DNA of 36,253 nt from Alphaproteobacteria bacterium (GCA_035523815.1 DATKPZ010000037.1:1-36253), one strand, 5' to 3'. Positions 25,733 to 34,804 are shown, numbered from the stretch's first letter. Notes: generated by a model not told the origin, from the sequence alone. Made by a program: numbers and translations.

Positions 25733-26980
25733 GTGGCGACGAACATTCGCGGCGCGGTCGCGCGCATCTCGGTCGGCGGCTGGTTCGAACTCTACGATCT
25801 CTTCATGACGGCGTACATCTCGCTCGGTTTGATACGAGCGGGATTGTTCAGCGCCACGTCGCCCTCGCCGTTTGCGCTCCAGGGCTTTGCCAGCTTCATC
25901 TCCTGCGGCTTTGCCGGAATGTTTTTCGGCACGCTGATCTTCGCAGGCATCTCGGATCGTTACGGACGCAAAGCCGCATTCACCTATTCGCTGGTGTGGT
26001 ATTCGCTGGCCACCCTCGTCATGGCGTTCATGCAGAGCGGTCCGGCGATCGACGCGTGGCGCTTCCTCGCAGGGCTCGGCATCGGCGTGCAACTGGTCAC
26101 CTCCGACGCCTACGTTTCCGAAATCGTTCCTAAAGAACAACGCGGGCGCTGGATCGCGTTCACGCAGGTCATCGGCTATACCGCGATCCCGGCGGCGGCG
26201 CTCTTCGCCTACTTGCTCGTGCCTCACACGTTCGGGGGACTCGACGGATGGCGTATCGTTGCGCTGATCGGCTCGCTCGGCGGCGTGGTCATTTGGTTCG
26301 TGCGTCCGGGGCTACCCGATTCGGTTCGCTGGGAAGCCGCCCGCAGCGAACGCGCCGCGACCGGACCGGCCTTCACGCTCAAAACGATCTTTAATCCCAC
26401 GTATCGCCGGCGCACCGTCATGCTCGTGATCTTTAATCTGCTCCAGTCGATCGGGTTCTACGGCTTCGCCTCCTGGGTTCCGATCTTTCTCGCGAGCCAA
26501 GGGGTCGAACTCACGCACTCGCTGCAGTATTCATTTTTGATTGCGATCGTCAACCCGCTCGGGCCGGTGCTTGCGATGTTCTACGCCGACCGTTTTCAGC
26601 GCAAGTGGCAGATCGTCGTGTTGGCGCTCATTGTGGCGGTCGCGGGCCTTGCTTTCGCGCACGTGCGAACTCCGATCTTGATCGTAGGCTTGGGGATCGT
26701 CGTCACGCTCGGCCTTGCATGGTTCTCCGCCACCTATCACGCCTATCAAGCCGAGCTTTTCCCGACGCGCATTCGCGGCCAGGCGGTGGGCTTCGTGTAC
26801 TCGTGGAGCCGGTTCAGTTCGATCTTCGTCCCATTTCTGATTGCCGCGGTGCTACGCGCGCAAGGCACGCTCGGCGTGTTCCTCGTGATCGGATCGGCCA
26901 TGGCGATCGTCGCGCTCGACATCGGTGTGCTCGGACCGAACAGCAACGGGCGCGACTTAGACGAGCTCTCGCCATTGTGA
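25733..26980 (+). CDS. MFS transporter (metabolite:H+ symporter-like); start uncertain (GTG 25733, GTG 25673 or TTG 25601)
   Basis: GGWFELYDLF in TM1, loop 2-3 motif SDRYGRK, 12-TM-like hydrophobicity. GTG 25733 is the first start after the monooxygenase stop. Confidence 0.78.
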   Translation: MATNIRGAVARISVGGWFELYDLFMTAYISLGLIRAGLFSATSPSPFALQGFASFISCGFAGMFFGTLIFAGISDRYGRKAAFTYSLVWYSLATLVMAFMQSGPAIDAWRFLAGLGIGVQLVTSDAYVSEIVPKEQRGRWIAFTQVIGYTAIPAAALFAYLLVPHTFGGLDGWRIVALIGSLGGVVIWFVRPGLPDSVRWEAARSERAATGPAFTLKTIFNPTYRRRTVMLVIFNLLQSIGFYGFASWVPIFLASQGVELTHSLQYSFLIAIVNPLGPVLAMFYADRFQRKWQIVVLALIVAVAGLAFAHVRTPILIVGLGIVVTLGLAWFSATYHAYQAELFPTRIRGQAVGFVYSWSRFSSIFVPFLIAAVLRAQGTLGVFLVIGSAMAIVALDIGVLGPNSNGRDLDELSPL

Positions 26981-27243
26981 CGAGCGTACTCGTCGTGGTC
27001 GGCTGCGCCTGCATCCTTGGCGGTGCGTTCGGGATCTTGATGAACTTCCGCATGAGCGCGTCGCGTCCGAACCCGGTGTTTGCCTTCGGAAACGTACTCT
27101 TCTTCATCGGACCGATCGTGCTCGGAATCCGCGCGATCGCGCACTCGATGAGGGATGTCGAATACTTCTCCTTCGGCTTTGCCGCGCTCGGCCTCGTGGT
27201 TATGGGGATAGGGCTGTCACTCGGGCGCCGCTCTAGGAACTAA
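26977..27243 (+). CDS. small 3-TM membrane protein (88 aa), hypothetical
   Basis: The GTG overlaps the MFS stop (GTGA 26977-26980). The translation VTSVLVVVGCACILGGAFGIL...FFIGPIVLGI...GFAALGLVVMGIGL is helix-like and not shadow-ORF-like. No homology recognised. Confidence 0.4.
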   Translation: MTSVLVVVGCACILGGAFGILMNFRMSASRPNPVFAFGNVLFFIGPIVLGIRAIAHSMRDVEYFSFGFAALGLVVMGIGLSLGRRSRN

Positions 27244-27705
27244 GCGATAGAGTCCGTATCCGACCAGCGCGGTAAACCCACCGAATATGGCCAGCGCCTC
27301 GGTCAGGAGCCTTGGAAAGGCTTGCTCGTACTGCGGAAAGTTCATTCCGTTAGAGAGCCAGGCCAAAAGCAGTGACGATTGCATGTTCGCACACTGAAAG
27401 TACGCTACCGGAGCAAGCGCGACGAGCAGCAGCATCAGGAAAAGCGGTAGCGGAACCCGTGATTCGCGAAGCGCCCATGCGGAAATCGCCACGACGAGGG
27501 GCGGCAGCAGCAAACTAACTCCCCACCCTACGATCGCCGTCATGAAAAGCGCGCCTTCCAAATCGCTAGGGTTCCCCGTGTGGACGCCCGCGATAGCCAT
27601 CCAAACGGCCATGGCTCCGATGAGGAACGGGATCCCCAAGAGCGCGAAACGTGAATCGATTTCAAGTGCTTTCATAGCCGGAGCATAGCCGATCCGGCGC
27701 AGCAC
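27217..27705 (-). CDS. 4-TM membrane protein, hypothetical (start GTG 27705 or ATG 27675)
   Basis: Hydrophobic helices FALLGIPFLIGAMAVWMAIAG, ALFMTAIVGWGVSLLLPPLVVAI, LFLMLLLVALAPVAYF, ALAIFGGFTALVGYGLY. Lies 24 nt downstream of the HNH gene. Confidence 0.5.
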   Translation of the reverse strand: MLRRIGYAPAMKALEIDSRFALLGIPFLIGAMAVWMAIAGVHTGNPSDLEGALFMTAIVGWGVSLLLPPLVVAISAWALRESRVPLPLFLMLLLVALAPVAYFQCANMQSSLLLAWLSNGMNFPQYEQAFPRLLTEALAIFGGFTALVGYGLYRLVPRAAPE

Positions 27706-27729
27706 GAGCGTCCGTAGTTCTACGGAATC

Positions 27730-28260
27730 CTAGGCTTCTACGCGTTCGTCGATCGAGACGTTGTACAGGAAGAGGAACTTGCCCCACTCACCCGGCAGCG
27801 TGTTTCGCTTGATCTGAATCCAGGGAATGTACTTGGGCTGACGCGGCTTTCGCTTGAGCGACATGTTCGCTTCATCCGGCGTGCGGTTGTTCTTACGGTT
27901 GTTGCAGCGCATGCAGGCGCAGACGAGATTCTCCCACGTCGAAGGGCCGCCGCGGCTGCGCGGGACCACGTGATCGACGGTCATCAGCTTCTCGCCGCGG
28001 ATTCCGCAATACTGACAGGCGTGATCGTCGCGAATGAGCACGTTCTTCTTGGTCAACGCGACCTTCTGCATCGGCCGCCGGATGTAGTAGAGCATCCTTA
28101 TGATCGACGGCATGCGCATCTCGTAGCGCGTCGACGCGAGCACGCGATCGCGATTGTGAACGATCTCGGCCTTGCCGGCGAAGAGCAGCTTCACTGCCCG
28201 CTGGAAGCTCGTGATGTTCAGCGCTTCGTAGGTGAAATTCAAGACGAGTACGTCGCTCAC
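27730..28260 (-). CDS. HNH endonuclease family protein (176 aa, stand-alone)
   Basis: CQYCG ... DHVVPRSRGG ... WENLVCACMRCNNRK (Cys4 zinc plus His-Asn-Asn core). GTG start with GGGAG 9 nt upstream. Confidence 0.85.
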   Translation of the reverse strand: MSDVLVLNFTYEALNITSFQRAVKLLFAGKAEIVHNRDRVLASTRYEMRMPSIIRMLYYIRRPMQKVALTKKNVLIRDDHACQYCGIRGEKLMTVDHVVPRSRGGPSTWENLVCACMRCNNRKNNRTPDEANMSLKRKPRQPKYIPWIQIKRNTLPGEWGKFLFLYNVSIDERVEA

Positions 28261-28308
28261 AATGTCATGCTCCCTGAACGCAACGGCACGAGAGACGTTT
28301 AGAAGCGC

Positions 28309-28338
28309 GAAAGCGAGGCATTCACATGCCTCGCTTTC
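28309..28338 (-). other. perfect 13-bp stem / 4-nt loop hairpin enclosing the DUF1844 stop codon
   Basis: gaaagcgaggcat (28309-28321) tcac atgcctcgctttc (28326-28338). The loop contains the minus-strand TGA (28322-28324). No U-tract follows on the minus strand, so it is not a canonical intrinsic terminator. Confidence 0.6.
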
Positions 28339-28615
28339 TAACGAACGTAAGTCGAGTTTCGGTCAGCATTTGAGTTATTGCTAACCTTTCGTCGGGCCGC
28401 AACCTTTCTTTAACGCGTTCGAAGGCGAGGCTGGCGACGTCGATTGCCGCGTCTGCGGCGCGAAAATCCGGCTCCTTGCCCCCGTCGTCGGCAAGATAGG
28501 CGTGCGCCGCTAGCGCGAGCGTTGCGATCACTTCGGTCAGCAACGGCTCGAGCGGTGGGATCTGTCCCTGGAATCCGGACTCGTGCGAGCCGGATGCCGC
28601 CGCTTGCGAACTCAT
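28322..28615 (-). CDS. DUF1844-like small protein (97 aa)
   Basis: LLTEVIATLALAAHAYL...DFRAADAAIDVASLAFERVKERLRPDERLAITQMLTETRLTFVRK resembles the DUF1844 pattern from memory. Starts 11 nt after the pdxT stop. Confidence 0.5.
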   Translation of the reverse strand: MSSQAAASGSHESGFQGQIPPLEPLLTEVIATLALAAHAYLADDGGKEPDFRAADAAIDVASLAFERVKERLRPDERLAITQMLTETRLTFVRKRGM

Positions 28616-28626
28616 TGGGTGAGAGG

Positions 28627-29241
28627 TTACGCCGCGGAGGAAGCCTTCCCTTGCGCACGCGCGTCTTCGACCATCCTCAGAAAGTACGCGTGGACCCGCG
28701 GATCGCCGGTCAACTCGGGATGAAAGGAGGTCCCGAGCACGTTACCCGCGCGAACCATCACGCCATGCCCGTCACGCGAGGCAAGCAACTCGACGCTCGG
28801 GCCGGCCCGCTCGATCCATGGGGCACGAATGAAGATCGCCGGGAACGGCACGCTGCCGAGCGCAGGAATCGGCAGCTCTACCTCGGCCGAGTCGTTCTGA
28901 CGGCCGAACGCATTGCGACGGACGGTGATGTCGATGAGATCGAGCGTGGGCTGGTCGAGGTCCGCGACGTCGTGAGCGGCGACGATCATTCCCATGCACG
29001 TTCCCCACAGCGGCATGCCGTCGCGCACGCGCTTCACGATCGGCGCGGAGAGGCCGAACCGATCGAGCAGCTTCATTACCGTCGTCGACTCGCCGCCCGG
29101 AACGATCAGACCGTCGACGCGCGCCAGATCCTGTGCGGTCTTCACCCCAAGCGCATGCGCGCCGGCGCGTTCGAGTGCGGCGACATGTTCGACCACGTCG
29201 CCTTGCAGCGCGAGAACACCGATCAGCGGGTTAATTTCCAC
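28627..29241 (-). CDS. pdxT: pyridoxal 5'-phosphate synthase glutaminase subunit
   Basis: [23 protein letters not shown], catalytic GTCMGMI, FHPELT. GTG 29241 overlaps the pdxS end by 11 nt. The longer track ORF (to 29424) runs inside pdxS and is rejected. Confidence 0.88.
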   Translation of the reverse strand: MEINPLIGVLALQGDVVEHVAALERAGAHALGVKTAQDLARVDGLIVPGGESTTVMKLLDRFGLSAPIVKRVRDGMPLWGTCMGMIVAAHDVADLDQPTLDLIDITVRRNAFGRQNDSAEVELPIPALGSVPFPAIFIRAPWIERAGPSVELLASRDGHGVMVRAGNVLGTSFHPELTGDPRVHAYFLRMVEDARAQGKASSAA

Positions 29242-30127
29242 GTGTCGCGAGTAGCTCTGATTCGTCCAGTTTGCGCACGTCGATACCCGGCATTGCGTCG
29301 GCGGTTCCGAGCGAGCGGCACGCTTCCGCGACGACCTTGGGGTCGGTGAAGTGCGTGGTCGCATCGACGATCGCGCGCGCGAAACGCTTGGGATCCTTCG
29401 ACTTGAAGATACCGCTTCCGACAAAGATGCCTTCGGCGCCGAACTGCATCATCAACGCGGCATCCGCCGGCGTCGAGACCCCGCCCGCGCAGAACAGCAC
29501 TACGGGCAGCTTTCCCGCCTCGGCGACCTCCTTGACGAGCTCGTAACTCGCGCCGATGTCGCGAGCGCGCGCAACCAGTTCTTCTTTCGGCGCGACGGTC
29601 AGTTGCGCGATGGTGTCTCTGATGGCGCGAATGTGCCGCACCGCTTCGACGATGTTGCCGCTCCCGGCCTCACCCTTGCTGCGGATCATCGCCGCACCTT
29701 CGGTGATGCGGCGCAGCGCCTCGCCGAGGTCACGCGCTCCGCACACGAACGGCGTCGTGAAGGCGTGTTTGTCGACGTGGTAGAGATCGTCGGCGGGCGT
29801 GAGTACTTCGGATTCGTCGATGTAGTCGATCCCGATAGACTGCAGGACTTGCGCCTCGGCAAAGTGCCCGATGCGCACCTTGGCCATGACCGGGATCGTG
29901 ACGGCGTCCATGATGCCGGCGATCAGCTCGATCGAACTCATGCGCGCGACGCCACCCATGGCGCGAATATCCGAGGGAATGCGCTCGAGCGCCATGACGG
30001 CCACGGCGCCGGCCTCTTGCGCGACGATGGCCTGCTCCGGCGTGACGACGTCCATGATGACGCCGCCCTTGAGCATCTGGGCAAGGCCCCGCTTTACGGT
30101 GACGGTACCGGTCGACTTCTCATCCAT
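29231..30127 (-). CDS. pdxS: pyridoxal 5'-phosphate synthase lyase subunit
   Basis: [62 protein letters not shown]: near-canonical PdxS. Confidence 0.95.
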   Translation of the reverse strand: MDEKSTGTVTVKRGLAQMLKGGVIMDVVTPEQAIVAQEAGAVAVMALERIPSDIRAMGGVARMSSIELIAGIMDAVTIPVMAKVRIGHFAEAQVLQSIGIDYIDESEVLTPADDLYHVDKHAFTTPFVCGARDLGEALRRITEGAAMIRSKGEAGSGNIVEAVRHIRAIRDTIAQLTVAPKEELVARARDIGASYELVKEVAEAGKLPVVLFCAGGVSTPADAALMMQFGAEGIFVGSGIFKSKDPKRFARAIVDATTHFTDPKVVAEACRSLGTADAMPGIDVRKLDESELLATRGN

Positions 30128-30190
30128 GTCTCCATCGTATCAGGGAAAACCAATGGAGACATTAGCGACAAGTCGGAACCCGAAGGCCGC

Positions 30191-30628
30191 CTACTCGGGC
30201 GACGGCGTCGGTCCGGGGCTGGGGCTTGCCGCCGTCGAGTCCTGCGAAAAGGTCGTGACGCTGGGCGAAGGGCTGGGAATTTCGGTCTGGTCCCAGATCG
30301 GCAGCTTCGGGTTCGGCGTCCAAGCGGGCGTCGGCGAAGGCGTCGCCGACCGCTCCGGCGTGGGCAACGGCTTGGGCGGGACGCGCGGATCCGGGAAATG
30401 CGGATCGGGCGCCGCGGCGAGCGTTTGCGATCGCTTCCAGTCCGGGCCGTAGGGTCCGTCAGTAGGTTGCGGCACCGGCGTGACGAGCGGGGTCTGGGTG
30501 AGATTGCCGCTGTCCGCGGCCTCGGTCATGACCCGATCGCCCATATGCTCACCCAAAAGGATCGCCGCCAAGAGCACGATCACGCCCGCGGCCAGGATCA
30601 TCGTGGGAAGACGGTTCGGACCATTCAT
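30191..30628 (-). CDS. single-pass membrane-anchored proline-rich protein (145 aa)
   Basis: The ATG shares one base with the upstream glycosidase TGA (TGATG at 30626-30630). TM segment LPTMILAAGVIVLLAAILL is followed by ~100 residues with about 29 Pro plus many Ser/Thr. The upstream part of the track ORF overlaps the glycosidase gene and is rejected. Confidence 0.5.
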   Translation of the reverse strand: MNGPNRLPTMILAAGVIVLLAAILLGEHMGDRVMTEAADSGNLTQTPLVTPVPQPTDGPYGPDWKRSQTLAAAPDPHFPDPRVPPKPLPTPERSATPSPTPAWTPNPKLPIWDQTEIPSPSPSVTTFSQDSTAASPSPGPTPSPE

Positions 30629-33066
30629 CAGGCGGGCACCACGTCGAGCTTCGCGGCGCGTGCTCGCCGCTCGGTCGGCCGTCCGATCAACTGCACCTCG
30701 CGCATTTCGCCCGCTTCCATCGTGACGCGCGCCGTATGCCCGCGAAACTCGATCGACACCGGCCGCGGGCGGTCGAGCATGTTGCACACGAAGATCCGCA
30801 CCGCCCCGCGCTCGTCTTCAAAACCGATCGCGCCGACTTCGACCGGGGAGATCGTCAACTCTTCGCTCACGTCGCGGCCCGCGAAGATGCAGGTGAACGG
30901 CTCTTCAGCCGAGAGCTCCGGCATGTTGCCGTAGATCCGATCGTGCACGAGGTCGATGACATAACTGCAACGCTTGCCACCCCAGTGCACGCGTGCGGCG
31001 GCGATCCATTGCCAATCCTTCGGGCGCATCGGCGCCAAATGCGGGCGGCCGCTGGTCCGATAACCGTTGAGTCCTCCGATCGTTTCCGCAACGGCCCACA
31101 AATATTTTGCCCCGGTCCACGGCGAGAGATACATACCGCGATTGGCAAGCGAACCGCCGTCGAACCATTCGCCGAATTCACCCGGCACCGTGTTGCGCGC
31201 ACTTCCGACCTCCATCGCCGCATACACCACGTTGAGAAAGTGAACGCACTCTTCAACGAATCCGTCTCGCGCGAGCGCGACGGCGAACCACAGCGTGAGA
31301 TCGGGCCAAATGCCGCCGAGCAGACCGAATCCGTACGACGGGAAGTACCACGCGTCGGCGGTGGAAATCGTCCGCAAACCAACCGGCGTCACGAAATCCG
31401 CCTCGAGCAGCCGGCGTAGAATGGCCTTGCGCTGTTCAGCTGCGGCCACGCCGAACAAAACCGGGAAGACCTCGTCGGAGGTGAAGTTGTCTTGATAATT
31501 GCGATCCTGGTCGTAGTTCAGCGCGAACGCGCCCGTATCGTCGTCGTACAAATAATCCATCATCGCTTCGCGAAGCGCCTGCGATTCATTTGCGTACTTT
31601 TCCCAATTGTCCCAATCGCCCGCCACCGCGCACAGCATCGCCGCCGCCTCGAGCGCAAAAACCCCCTCGGCGTTGATTTCCGTGACCGCCCCGTCGAGTG
31701 TGTAGTACGGGATGATGTTGCGCCACGAGGAGATGCCGTACATGTCGACGCCCTTTGCCTTGCAAAACAGCAACCCTTGATCGTCGCGCTGGGTCAGCAT
31801 GTAGTCGGCCAATTTGACCACCAAAGGCAAGCGCTCGCGCACCCAACCGTCGTCGAGCGTAGCGTTGTAATAGTGCAGCATCGCGACCAAGTGCAACGGC
31901 GTGTCGTCGTTGATATTCAAGTCGTAGGCAGTCGTGTACCCATTGACTCCCCGCACGTACTCGATCATGAGTCCCGATTCATCCACGCTTTTATTGAACA
32001 CTTCGAGCGCATCTCGGCTGAACTCGGGCCAAAAGTAATCGAAACCGTGCACGAACCATGACGTGTCGCGCGAGACCAGGATGTCGGACGGAGGCGAGTT
32101 GGTCGATCCCCAACCCTGCGGATATTCCTTCACGATCCGAATCATGTTGGCTTTTGCCCAAGCAACGCCGCGGCTGATCTCGGGCGAAGGCGTCATGAAC
32201 CGCGCGTCGGCCAAACGGCGCGCGTAGTACCGCTGCGTATCGTGCAAAGCGCGCTCGTCGTCCAGCAATCGCTGCAGAACCGGAAGGCTTTTCGCGGTGC
32301 CTTCCTTATGAAAAACGACCGCTAAACGAAGCGCTTCGCGCGCGCCCGGTTCGATCGCAACCCGATATTCGAGCGCTCCGTAAACTCGCCGTCCGATCAT
32401 CGTCGAGCTCTCGGCGACGCCGCGCCCGAACCCAGGCATGCCTTCGGGCACGAGCGAGCCGCGCCGCATGCTTTCGGCCAGTACTTGCTCGCGCAGCGAA
32501 AGCGAGACGGCGCGCGGCTCGCGCGAACCGCCCCACCAGCGTTCGGCGCCGGTTTCGTTGCTCTTCGAGCAGATGAAACGCCCCTGCGACCAGGCCGTCA
32601 TCTCGCTCTCCGGCTCGCCGTAAAATCGTTGTCCCACCAGCATGGCCCACGGAAAGACCGAAACTTCGATGGGCTTCGATCCCGGATTGTACAGCGTCAC
32701 GTCGACGACAAAGGAAACGGTACGATCGAACGACTCGCCAAAAGGCACGTAAAACGCTTCCGTCACGTGGACGCGATGCTCGAGCGTGAATTCGGCGATC
32801 TGCGCGTAAGGCAGAAACGTCAGTTCGCGCGTGATCTGGTGAGGAAAGAGGGTCTTACGGTCGTCCTCTACGATCCGGTACGCGATGTGATGCGTCCCGA
32901 AGATGATCTTGTCGGTATCCGCATCCCACAGCCCGCGAATACCGCCTTTGGCGGTGGATTGCGCGTAGGATTTATAATTCCCGAGCAAGAGCCCATAGGG
33001 CGTTTGCGATTCAGGAACGACGTAAGCGCAAAACTCGTTCCGCTGCGCGTCATAGCTCGGACCCAT
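30628..33066 (-). CDS. six-hairpin (alpha/alpha)6 glycoside hydrolase, amylo-alpha-1,6-glucosidase/GDE_C-like, 812 aa, cytosolic
   Basis: ISSWRNIIP, GAVTEINAEGVFALEAAAML (compare VEInALwynAL of GDE_C), GLRTIS, LLGGIWPDLTLWFAVAL, PGEFGEWFDG, SPWTGAKYLWAV. No signal peptide. Confidence 0.65.
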   Translation of the reverse strand: MGPSYDAQRNEFCAYVVPESQTPYGLLLGNYKSYAQSTAKGGIRGLWDADTDKIIFGTHHIAYRIVEDDRKTLFPHQITRELTFLPYAQIAEFTLEHRVHVTEAFYVPFGESFDRTVSFVVDVTLYNPGSKPIEVSVFPWAMLVGQRFYGEPESEMTAWSQGRFICSKSNETGAERWWGGSREPRAVSLSLREQVLAESMRRGSLVPEGMPGFGRGVAESSTMIGRRVYGALEYRVAIEPGAREALRLAVVFHKEGTAKSLPVLQRLLDDERALHDTQRYYARRLADARFMTPSPEISRGVAWAKANMIRIVKEYPQGWGSTNSPPSDILVSRDTSWFVHGFDYFWPEFSRDALEVFNKSVDESGLMIEYVRGVNGYTTAYDLNINDDTPLHLVAMLHYYNATLDDGWVRERLPLVVKLADYMLTQRDDQGLLFCKAKGVDMYGISSWRNIIPYYTLDGAVTEINAEGVFALEAAAMLCAVAGDWDNWEKYANESQALREAMMDYLYDDDTGAFALNYDQDRNYQDNFTSDEVFPVLFGVAAAEQRKAILRRLLEADFVTPVGLRTISTADAWYFPSYGFGLLGGIWPDLTLWFAVALARDGFVEECVHFLNVVYAAMEVGSARNTVPGEFGEWFDGGSLANRGMYLSPWTGAKYLWAVAETIGGLNGYRTSGRPHLAPMRPKDWQWIAAARVHWGGKRCSYVIDLVHDRIYGNMPELSAEEPFTCIFAGRDVSEELTISPVEVGAIGFEDERGAVRIFVCNMLDRPRPVSIEFRGHTARVTMEAGEMREVQLIGRPTERRARAAKLDVVPA

Positions 33067-33116
33067 GCTTCTATGTGCTACGCCCTTGACCGCAGCGCCC
33101 CTTTCGCCCGAAACTT

Positions 33117-33980
33117 ATGCGGATGACCTTTACTTGCCCCGCGAAAATCAATCTGACCCTCGAAGTCCTGGAACGCCGTGACGACGGCTACCATGCGCTG
33201 CGCAGCGTCATGGTGCCGCTCGAGCTGGCCGACGAGCTGCATGTCGCGCTTGCCGACCGCTTTTCGTTTACCTGTAGCGATCCTGCGCTGGCCGGCGAGG
33301 ACAACTTGGTGGTACGGGCAGCGTCCGCGCTCACGCCGCGGCCGGAATCAACGATCGTTCTTCGCAAGGCGATCCCCACGCAGGCTGGGCTCGGCGGTGG
33401 ATCGAGCGATGCGGCAGGGGTCCTGCGTGCCGCCATGTCGGGTGCGTTTGGCCGCGACTACTCGGCTGATTGGCTGAAGCTTGCGCGTTCGCTCGGCTCC
33501 GATGTGCCGTTCTTTCTCACCGATTCCGGCGCTCTCGTCGAGGGGACCGGCGAACGAGTGACCGCGATCGGGGCTCTTCCGGCATGGCATGTGCTGGTCG
33601 TAAAACCGCCCGCTTCGGTCTCGACCGCGGCAGCCTATGCGCAGCTCGACCGCTCGCCGTCGCCTTCGCGCCCGCGCAACACTTCGGCCTCGCTTGCCAT
33701 GCTGAACGCGCTCCAGCGCGGCGATTTCGATGAGGTCACGCGCGCACTGGGAAATGACTTTCACGACGTCATCGCCGGCTCTACGCCGGAAGTCGCCCGC
33801 GCGCTCGATGCGCTTCGCGACGCGGGGGCGGCAAACGCGCTGCTGGCGGGCTCGGGGTCGGCCGTCTTTACGCTAGCGCCGGATGCACGCACGATCGAAG
33901 AGATCGACGCGCGGCTCGATCTCGACGCAAGCTATGCGCGCTTCCGTACCGCCTTCGCGCACGGCCGTTCATGGGTGTGA
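33117..33980 (+). CDS. ispE: 4-diphosphocytidyl-2-C-methyl-D-erythritol kinase
   Basis: CPAKINLTLEVLERRDDGYHAL, IPTQAGLGGGSSDAAGVL (GHMP motif), AGSGSAVF. Start is ATG 33117 or 33123. Confidence 0.9.
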   Translation: MRMTFTCPAKINLTLEVLERRDDGYHALRSVMVPLELADELHVALADRFSFTCSDPALAGEDNLVVRAASALTPRPESTIVLRKAIPTQAGLGGGSSDAAGVLRAAMSGAFGRDYSADWLKLARSLGSDVPFFLTDSGALVEGTGERVTAIGALPAWHVLVVKPPASVSTAAAYAQLDRSPSPSRPRNTSASLAMLNALQRGDFDEVTRALGNDFHDVIAGSTPEVARALDALRDAGAANALLAGSGSAVFTLAPDARTIEEIDARLDLDASYARFRTAFAHGRSWV

Positions 33981-34765
33981 TAACGGCGGTCGTTCTCGCC
34001 GGCGGAGCTGCTGACGAGGTGGCGGCGCTCGAGCACGGCGCGATCAACAAAGCTTTCGTGCACGTCGGCGGCATCACGCTCGTCGAGCGAACGCTGCGTG
34101 CACTGCGTTCGAGCTCGAAGATCGGGAGACTCATCGTTGTTGCGCCGGCGACGGCGCACGACAACCCCGCTTTGGCATTGGCCGACGACCGTCGCGAGGA
34201 CGGCGCAAAGATACGCGTCAGTTTGCGCAACGGACTTCGAGAACTTCCGCCCGACCAGATCGTGCTCGTGAGCACGTCCGACCTTCCTATTCTCAGCGGC
34301 GCGTCGGTCGACGACTTTATCGCCCACGCGTTGGCAATCGACCCGGATCTCGGGTACGGCTGTGTCGAGCGGCGAGTACACGAAGCGACGTTTCCGAGCG
34401 TCCCGCATACCTGGGCGCGGCTGCGCGACGGAACCTTTTGCGGGGGCGGCCTCATCGCCATCAAGCCGCGCGTGCTCCCCGCGCTCGAGCTGTTCATCGA
34501 GCGTCTTGGCGCCGCCCGAAAAAACCCGCTCCGCCTGGCCTCGCTCTTCGGCTGGGACGTGCTCGCACGGTTCGCCTTCGGGCGCCTCTCCGTCGCGAGC
34601 GCCGAGCGGCGCGCATCACAACTGCTCGGCGCGCCGGTTCGCGCGATCGTCTCCCCCTACGCCGAAACCGGCGTCAACGTGGACCGGATCACCGACGTAG
34701 CGCTCGCGGAACAACTCGTCGCCGAATTGGAGCCAAATCCCCGGTTGCGCGGGTTTACCGGTTAG
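33971..34765 (+). CDS. MobA/IspD-like GT-A nucleotidyltransferase family protein, non-canonical N-terminal loop
   Basis: ITAVVLAGGAADE...INKAFVHVGGITLVERTLRAL...IGRLIVVAP follows the NTP-transferase beta-alpha-beta pattern. Overlaps the ispE end by 10 nt. Confidence 0.55.
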   Translation: MGVITAVVLAGGAADEVAALEHGAINKAFVHVGGITLVERTLRALRSSSKIGRLIVVAPATAHDNPALALADDRREDGAKIRVSLRNGLRELPPDQIVLVSTSDLPILSGASVDDFIAHALAIDPDLGYGCVERRVHEATFPSVPHTWARLRDGTFCGGGLIAIKPRVLPALELFIERLGAARKNPLRLASLFGWDVLARFAFGRLSVASAERRASQLLGAPVRAIVSPYAETGVNVDRITDVALAEQLVAELEPNPRLRGFTG

Positions 34766-34804
34766 TGCTAGCCTCTCTCTTACCAGCTTGGGAATGAGGA
34801 GTAC

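Noticed and set aside
16646-28260. Combining the R3H ATPase, the HNH endonuclease and the DUF151 nuclease (11249-11725) into an anti-phage defence system.
   Set aside because: The genes are 5-10 kb apart in separate operons and interleaved with core biosynthetic genes. Each belongs to a widely conserved housekeeping-type family, and there are no mobile-element or island boundaries.
33086-33123. Promoter-like TTGACC (33086-33091), an 18-nt spacer and GAAACT (33110-33115), which would give a leaderless ispE mRNA starting at ATG 33123.
   Set aside because: The -10 element matches only 3 of 6 positions, and there is no way to test it from sequence alone. It is kept out of the feature list.
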